Shown: in pieces, positions 54,977 through 64,000 of the stretch
How positions within the stretch are numbered: position 1 is the first letter of the stretch
Layout: each line of letters starts with the position of its first letter
Assembly: GCA_964016885.1 (NCBI GenBank)
Contig: OZ024742.1
Location: 338,458,001 to 338,522,000 of the forward strand
Reading direction: 5' to 3'
Source: Eledone cirrhosa
Taxonomy: Eukaryota
DNA length: 64,000 nt
Program-made: the position numbers and the translations under genes
Notes under the pieces: generated by a model
The model's database searches: none
The model's input: only the letters and a program-made list of their open reading frames with translations
What the model was told of the DNA's origin: nothing

Positions 54977-55810
54977 TATATATATATATATATATATCCT
55001 TTATCAGTCATACTGTGTATATTTTTCCATGTCGATAAGACAAGACTCTCCACTCTAATGACATATAATATATCAACTTTAAAATATCTCTAATATTTTA
55101 TACATTCTTTATATATTTCAGATTATTTGATGATACTGAGATGAAATACTCATCACTATATAATGATATTACCAACAATATGGAAGATCTTGTTTATATA
55201 ACTTCACTTCTATCATGGTGAAATATTTCTTTCAATTGCAGTCTATTTCCAATATTGACTGTACACCTAAATCTTCTATATTATTTCTGTGATGACATAA
55301 CTTTCAAATTTACTGAGACATTCTTGTCTTATATAATGTCTTTCATAACTTCTTTTATTAACTTATTTATAAGTTCAAGACTAAAACTGTTTCCTTACAA
55401 CTGAAACATCTTCAGAAAGTATAGCCTTGAAAATATTTAAAGAAATTCTTGAAAATTCCAGGAGAAAAGTATTTTTCTATTTTGTGAAGAATATATGATG
55501 ATGATATGAAATGATGGAGAAGAAACTCAGTGAGAGTCAGGTTCATAATGAAAGACGACAAGCTGATAATAAAGATCTCTCTCATCAAACAGGGAATGTA
55601 TATATGTGTGATACCTGTGGGAAGTCTTTTAAAGTAAGAAGAAATTTAAGTCGACACAAATCTAGCCATGCAGATGTAAAACTCTATGAATGTGAAGTTT
55701 GTAGCAAAAATTTCTCTACAATTGAAAATTTGTCTAAACACAAATGTACTCAAACAAGAGAAAGAGTATACTGATGTGACGTTTGTGGTAAAATTTTCTC
55801 TCGAAATAGG

Positions 55811-58583
55811 TGGCTACTGTTTCTTAAACACAGGAAGAAAGCCATTCCAGTCGCATTGAGAAAGCCACTGAATCTGCCACCCATGAAGTAATTGCCATTG
55901 CTGTGTCAGAAGACATAACTGATCTATAGGCAACTCATCCAAGGATTTAGACTGTGCTCCTCCAAAAAGTGCTCTCCGCCTTGGTTGACCGGGACACACA
56001 GCTTTTTGATATTCTCAGAGACACTGCCAGGAAAACAGGCACTTATGTTTTTATTGCAGGTGACTTCAATTACCCTGAGATTGATTAGGAAACCTTTCGT
56101 TGGCTGCAAAGTGCAAATGATTTCCTTGAGCTAGTGCTGGACTCGAACTGGTCCCAAGTAGTCACCTCCCCCACAAGACGTAACAACACTTTGGATTTTA
56201 CCACTACTCCTGAAACAGTTATTAGTGTCACTACTGAGGATCCTTTAGGTGATGCAGATCATGCTATGATCATTACCAATCTGTCTCTTATCGGCAGTAA
56301 CAAAAACCACCACCATTTCCAAAGTACTTCCTTTGACTGGCACTCTTACTGTACCAAGCTACAATGCCCAAACTGGCTTGAATTTTACGACTCTGTAGTT
56401 GTGAACACTATACTTCAGACAATCTTGAACTCAATATGGATAGCATGTGCAGCATCAGTGCCACATAAGCAGAAAAAACATCCCAAAAGCGCAATTTGGG
56501 AGATTGCAGCAGTCCTCTTGCACGCAGCACACATCCACATGTCCTCTCACTAGCATCTCCACTATCTTACCATATCTACTTGTTAGAGTGCCAACATTAA
56601 GTGGGGTAACTCTGAGATGCGACATCTTCATATTCTTGTTCTTGTTGTGGTGCGATTGCCAGGTGATGGTCGGGGTGGGGTTCTTGCACATGGCCGCACC
56701 AGCCAACTCATTATTGTGTGCAGCCCTAACATGGTTAGTGTTATTGCTGTTTACCCAGTACTGTTTACACTGTACTCAAGAACATCCTGAACTAAATATG
56801 GACAGCATGTGCAGCATCGGTGCCACGTAAGCAGAAAAAACATCCCAAAAGTGCAATTTGGGAGACTGCAGCAGTCCGTCTTGCCAGGAAAGAATGTTGT
56901 AATGCTGAGCGTGAGTACAAACTGGATAAATCAGATATCAATAGGAAAAAACGAAATAAATCATCCAACAATCTCAAGCAGGTGACAAAAAAGACTGCTT
57001 AGCAACCAACCCTGACAGTAAGTTGTTCTGGAAATATGTACACTCAAAGTAAAGACCTCTCCCTCCAGTTGGTCCTCTTCGCAATCCCCACACAAGCCAG
57101 ATCACTGACGATCCCAAAGAATGTGCAGAACTAATTGCTGAATGCTATGCAGGCATTTTCACTGTTGAAAACCAAAACGTTCCCTCTCCACCACCTCTGA
57201 CATCAAATTTTATAACAACTATGGAATTTACACCTGCAATGCTGTGACGTCACCATAAAAATAAACGCAACTATGCCTCTTCTGGTTTTGATGGTGTTAT
57301 GTACCTGCTTCTCAAACATGGCGGGTACTTTCTTTTGCACCAGCTATCACTCTTCTTTCAATTCTGTCTTAACAACTGTTACTCCAGAGCAGTGGAAAAC
57401 TGGCAGTGTCATTCCTCTGTTGAAAAAGGGTGATTGCACGTCGCCTGTCAACTGGTTGAAGTCCTTCATTCTCAGTCGAAAAGAAATAGTCACACTTCTA
57501 GGACAGCATTCTTCACCCTATGAGATGTCTTGTGGTGTACCGCAGGATCTGTTCTTGGTCCCCTTTTGTTTGTTGCATATATTAATGATAAACCCATGCT
57601 AGCATGGAAGATGGATGTTAAACAATGATGAAGGAGGATGATGATGATGATGCCACTATCCTGAAATATGCAGATGACATGACACTATACCTTGAGATAA
57701 AAAGAATAGATCCTGAACACTATAGATCTTTCCTGCAATCAGACTTGGATACAATGCAGCAATAGATCATGGACTGGCAACTCAAGCTGGCTGTGGACAA
57801 GTGTAGCACCATGCATTTTTGGAGGAAAAACCCATTGTTCACATACTCCCTCCACAACACTAATCTCAAGAAGTATTATGGTCAGCAGCGATTTGCGTTG
57901 GACAAAGTACATCTCTAAAATTGTCAAGTAGGCTGAGGGTGTCTTGGCATCACTCAGCAAGACCTCTGTCAACCGTTCTCCAGCTATCTATTTAAAATTG
58001 TATATAGCTATGGTGCGGCCACATTTAGAATTTGCATCACCAGTCTGGAACCCCTGTCTTGCTCAGAATATTGACCTCCTGGAAATTGTTCAGAGACATG
58101 CATCTACCATACTCTGAATGCCTTGCTTCCCTGGGCATGGATACATTGAAGCTCCGATGTCTGGCAACTGACTTGGTAAACACCCGCAAGATTATTAACC
58201 ATCTTGCCAACAACAACTCTGAGCACCTTTTTGATTTCCATGTGTCTAACACATGTCTAAAAAGACAGAAAACACCATAGCTCCCATGACTTTCGGAAAC
58301 ATTTTTTTCACGCTCAGAGTTGCTGAAGCATGGAACAAACTACCTGCATCGGTTGTTAGCTGTCGGGTCATTGCATTCTTCAAAATCTCCATGCTTCCCA
58401 AAATTTGCCAACACTACACCTAATATTCCCCCTCCATATGCATACATGTATCTGTGTGTATATCATGACACATGCACTGTTCACTTTTCTGACATTTGTA
58501 CATTATTCTAGGTACTATACATGCACCTTTCATGAGTTGTAGTGCACCTGAGCACTGTAGACAATAATTTCATTATTATTATT
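55811..58583 (+). mobile_element. Older CR1 LINE (EN + deleted RT) in copy 4 exon, with RTE fragments inside
   Basis: FIAGDFNYP, PTRRNNTLD, KYADD, RPHLEF, (ATT)n tail; RTE APE start (LNVGTL...VDVCCVQE) on the minus strand at ~56510-56770; RTE tail at ~57590-57652. Confidence 0.9.
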
Positions 58584-58587
58584 ACCT

Positions 58588-58717
58588 ACGTCCCTTTACG
58601 ATCTGAGTTCAAATCCCGCTGAGGTTGACTTTGCCTTTCATCCTTACGGGGTCGATAAAATAAAGTACCAGTAATGCACTCTGGGTAATTGCTGGCCTTG
58701 TGCCTAAAGTAGAAACA
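58588..58717 (+). mobile_element. SINE family A at the CR1 tail/ZNF junction
   Basis: 13-bp TSD ATTATTATTACCT at 58575-58587 and 58718-58730. Confidence 0.88.
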
Positions 58718-58783
58718 ATTATTATTACCTGTGGTAAAACGTTCACGGTTAATAGTTCTTCATCTGTAGATAAACGTATTCAC

Positions 58784-60856
<2,073 letters not shown>

Positions 60857-60962
60857 ATAAAGCATTCTCTTAAAGGGATAATTTACTGTCACATAAGCTT
60901 ATTCAAAAAAAGTTTTCTACATCTAAATATTTATCTAACCACAAACGTACCCACAGGAGTGA

Positions 60963-61331
<369 letters not shown>

Positions 61332-61729
61332 TGATTTCTGGGACAAATCATTTTCTTCTAGAACTGATTTAAACACCCACATGCGCATTCACATGGGAGA
61401 GAGACCATACCACTGTGATATCTGTGGAAAATCATTTTCTTCTAGAACTGATTTAAACACACACTTGTGCATTCGCACTGGAGAAAAATCCTATTATATT
61501 AAATGTAAGTGATTCAATATGTCTTGTCTTGAAGTTTTGATTAAAGTGGAGTTGATCTGGGTAAAGTGGGTTATACCCAAGAATGTTGGTTTAGCCTGTT
61601 TGATAAGTTCTTGGCAAAACTACATTCATATCAACTCAAATATTGACAAAAATACATAAATGAAGGCAATCTGAGATATAAAACATTGTTTAAATCATTA
61701 GATAAACAAAAGAATGATCATAAGTTCAA

Positions 61730-62235
61730 TCATCATCATTGTTTAATTTTTTATTTTCCATGCTGGCATGTTTTAGATGCGTTGTCCCATTTGAAGCAAG
61801 TTAAGTCAGGTGACCATGTCTTGGTCATACAGAACTGTTTCTGGTTTGGTTTCTAGGACTGCATGCCTTTCCTCACCCCAACCATATTTACAGTGGGTTA
61901 TGGGTGCTTTTTGTCATGACACCTACACTACTACTTTACTGAGTGGACTGAGTACCTTTTATCTTGGCACAGTAGATCACTTTACAGTGTGGGCTGGGTG
62001 CTTTTTGTTGTGATACCAACATGACCACTTTACAATGTGGGCTGGGCACTTTTCGTTGTACGAAAATAACCTCTTTACAGTTAGGAGAGATGGGAATGTA
62101 AAGGTGTGGGAGAAGGGTGGAGTGTTAGGGTATGTGAGGGGGAAGGAAGATAGGGGTTAAGTGGTGCATACTGGATGTATGCTTCAACCCATATGCATAG
62201 GAAGGGTCTTCTGTAATGTAATGATCGACAAGATT
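61730..62235 (-). mobile_element. Old RTE-family 3' UTR
   Basis: (CAT)n + TTTCCATGCTGGCATG and repeated TTTACAGTGTGGGCTGGG. Confidence 0.65.
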
Positions 62236-62399
62236 TGTGTGTTATAGATATATAGTTATAAGTTGAAATAAGCAAAGTCAGTGTGGAGATGGGAAATATT
62301 TTGGACAGAATAAAGTGTATTTTTATTTTAGTTCTCATTGAAAATCTTTATGTAATCAATGTAAAGTACATATTGAGCAGTATCTATGAAAAAAAAGGA

Positions 62400-62980
62400 C
62401 AGTTACTACATACCAGACAGTGGTGCTTGCTACAGCAGCGCACTGTGGACAAAATGCGGAAATTGTTATTGCGGAGAATGGCCAGAATCACCTGCTGCAA
62501 CAGCCACTTTACCTTATAAGGCTCTTTCCTGAAGAAGGCTGCCATCTTTCCGACATTATGGAGTAAATCAGCAGCATGGTGACCAAGGACGCCAGAGGTT
62601 TTTGAACACTGGTGCAATGAGGAAGTGGTTGGTCAGGCCCTGGTAACTTCTCCACATTGAAGTGACAATGTTGGAGGCAGAGAATCAGTTGCTCTGTGTT
62701 GTGTCCTTAATTAGGGACCCCTTCCTTGAAAGAGATGACGGTTAATACGTCGAAGTTTTTACCATCACTATGGTTGTGGCCAGCTGGTTCCAATTGTAAT
62801 GGGAAACTAGCTGTGTTGAGGCTCTTTGTCATGATCTTGTTCATAGTATAGTGGGGGAGCTGCATGAAGGCAGCAAGATAACGAGTCCACACCAAACTCG
62901 TCAACCACTGCTACACAATGGCATCTGTGTGGCTCACATGCGGATTCCAAACTGCTGTTTCACTCCAATGAGGGTACACT
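62400..62980 (-). mobile_element. CRE-clade fragment
   Basis: KWLLQQVILAILRNN C-terminus and zinc-knuckle region; paralogous to 9105-9500. Confidence 0.65.
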
Positions 62981-62989
62981 GAGAGTTAC

Positions 62990-64000
62990 CAGTTGATGAG
63001 GAAGACACCGAATGGAGTCAAGTACCACTGTTTAGTTGCGAGGCAGAACGTAGGCAGTTGAGACAGTGATGTGTATGAAGAAGCTTGTAAATAGGAAAGA
63101 CATAGAAACAGGCTAAGAAATGTGAGAAAGTAAGAGAATAAGCCATGAAAGCTTATGTGTTTCTGACCAAGAATGACCAACAAAAGCTAGCAGTAATTTA
63201 GGTGAGTGTTCTTGTACAGGGACTTGAAATACAAGATAGGCAGGTTGAATATATGAATGTAGATGTGTGATAGAGTAAAATGTATTGCCAATACAGAGAG
63301 ATATAGCTGGCAATACCGTCATTTATATTAGCTTGTATCAGGACACTTGCCAGAAATGAGTATTAACACAACAAATGAATATATAAAAATAGCACAATGT
63401 CTGTACAGAGGAAATATAGAATATAAATCACTGAGTTGACATACCTGTGGAAAATATAGGTTAAAATATTGTCACACATACACACAAATATATGATTTCT
63501 ACTCTTTGCACAAGGCCAGTAATTTGGGGGGATGGGAAAGTCGATTAAATTTACCCCAGTACGTTACTGGTGCTTTATTTTATCGACCCCGTAAGGATGA
63601 AAGGCAAAGCTAACCTCGGTAGGATTTGGACTCGGACAGAAACTCTACAGTCTGAGTTCAAATCCCACCGAGGTTAACACAAATATATTATCGCTGCCAC
63701 ATGGACTCATTTAAATTCAATATCTCTTATCTCCATACTTATGTCATTGAATTTCTAGGGATTAGTGTCCGTATTGTGATTAATAAAATATATCTATGGA
63801 GTGCTAATGTAATATTTGTAAGAAACCCTAGGCGTGAATGGGATTATAATGGTTTGCAATTTAGACAAGATCAACAATTTTTAGAAGGAAGGGAAGTTGC
63901 TTACATTCACCTGGGAAGGATGAATTGTACTTCTTCGTCACATAATAGAGTTATATTTTATTCACAGTTGTATAAATAACATTACAAATAAAAAAGGAAA
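62990..64000 (+). repeat. Near-identical segmental duplicate of 9522-10522
   Basis: Identical 92-aa spurious ORFs (10223-10501 and 63701-63979); a few substitutions and one 10-bp insertion; runs off the window end. Confidence 0.95.

Larger units (their letters stand above)
53350..55030. repeat. Intronic AT-rich minisatellite (40-bp period) interrupted by CR1, RTE tail and SINE
   Basis: TATTTCCTATATCAGCCTTACTGTGTATATATTATCTA units at 54021, 54061, 54101, 54141, 54181. Confidence 0.9.

Overview
Eukaryotic, AT-rich, repeat-saturated window, most likely an octopus/coleoid cephalopod genome (inferred from effector-less poly-C2H2 arrays and RTE/SINE content). It holds a head-to-tail (+ strand) cluster of four paralogous C2H2 zinc-finger genes: two intact single-coding-exon ORFs (3816-5717, 22 fingers; 34115-36352, 26 fingers) and two disrupted copies (19662-23523; 55511-~61500). 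All four coding exons follow the same AT-rich minisatellite and conserved splice acceptor; a putative non-coding first exon is visible for two of them. The rest is mostly decayed or nested TEs: RTE, CR1 and CRE-clade LINEs, tRNA-derived SINEs, Gypsy LTR elements, Helitrons, pogo/Tigger and hAT elements. Most notable: a minimal type I hammerhead ribozyme motif (316-379), an in-frame zinc-finger/reverse-transcriptase chimera made by a CR1 insertion (59098-60111), a ~1.24-kb inverted duplication around a putative promoter, two long fold-back hairpins, a Tigger ORF lacking its DDE domain, and mosaic relationships between paralogs. All calls are by eye; many TE boundaries are approximate.
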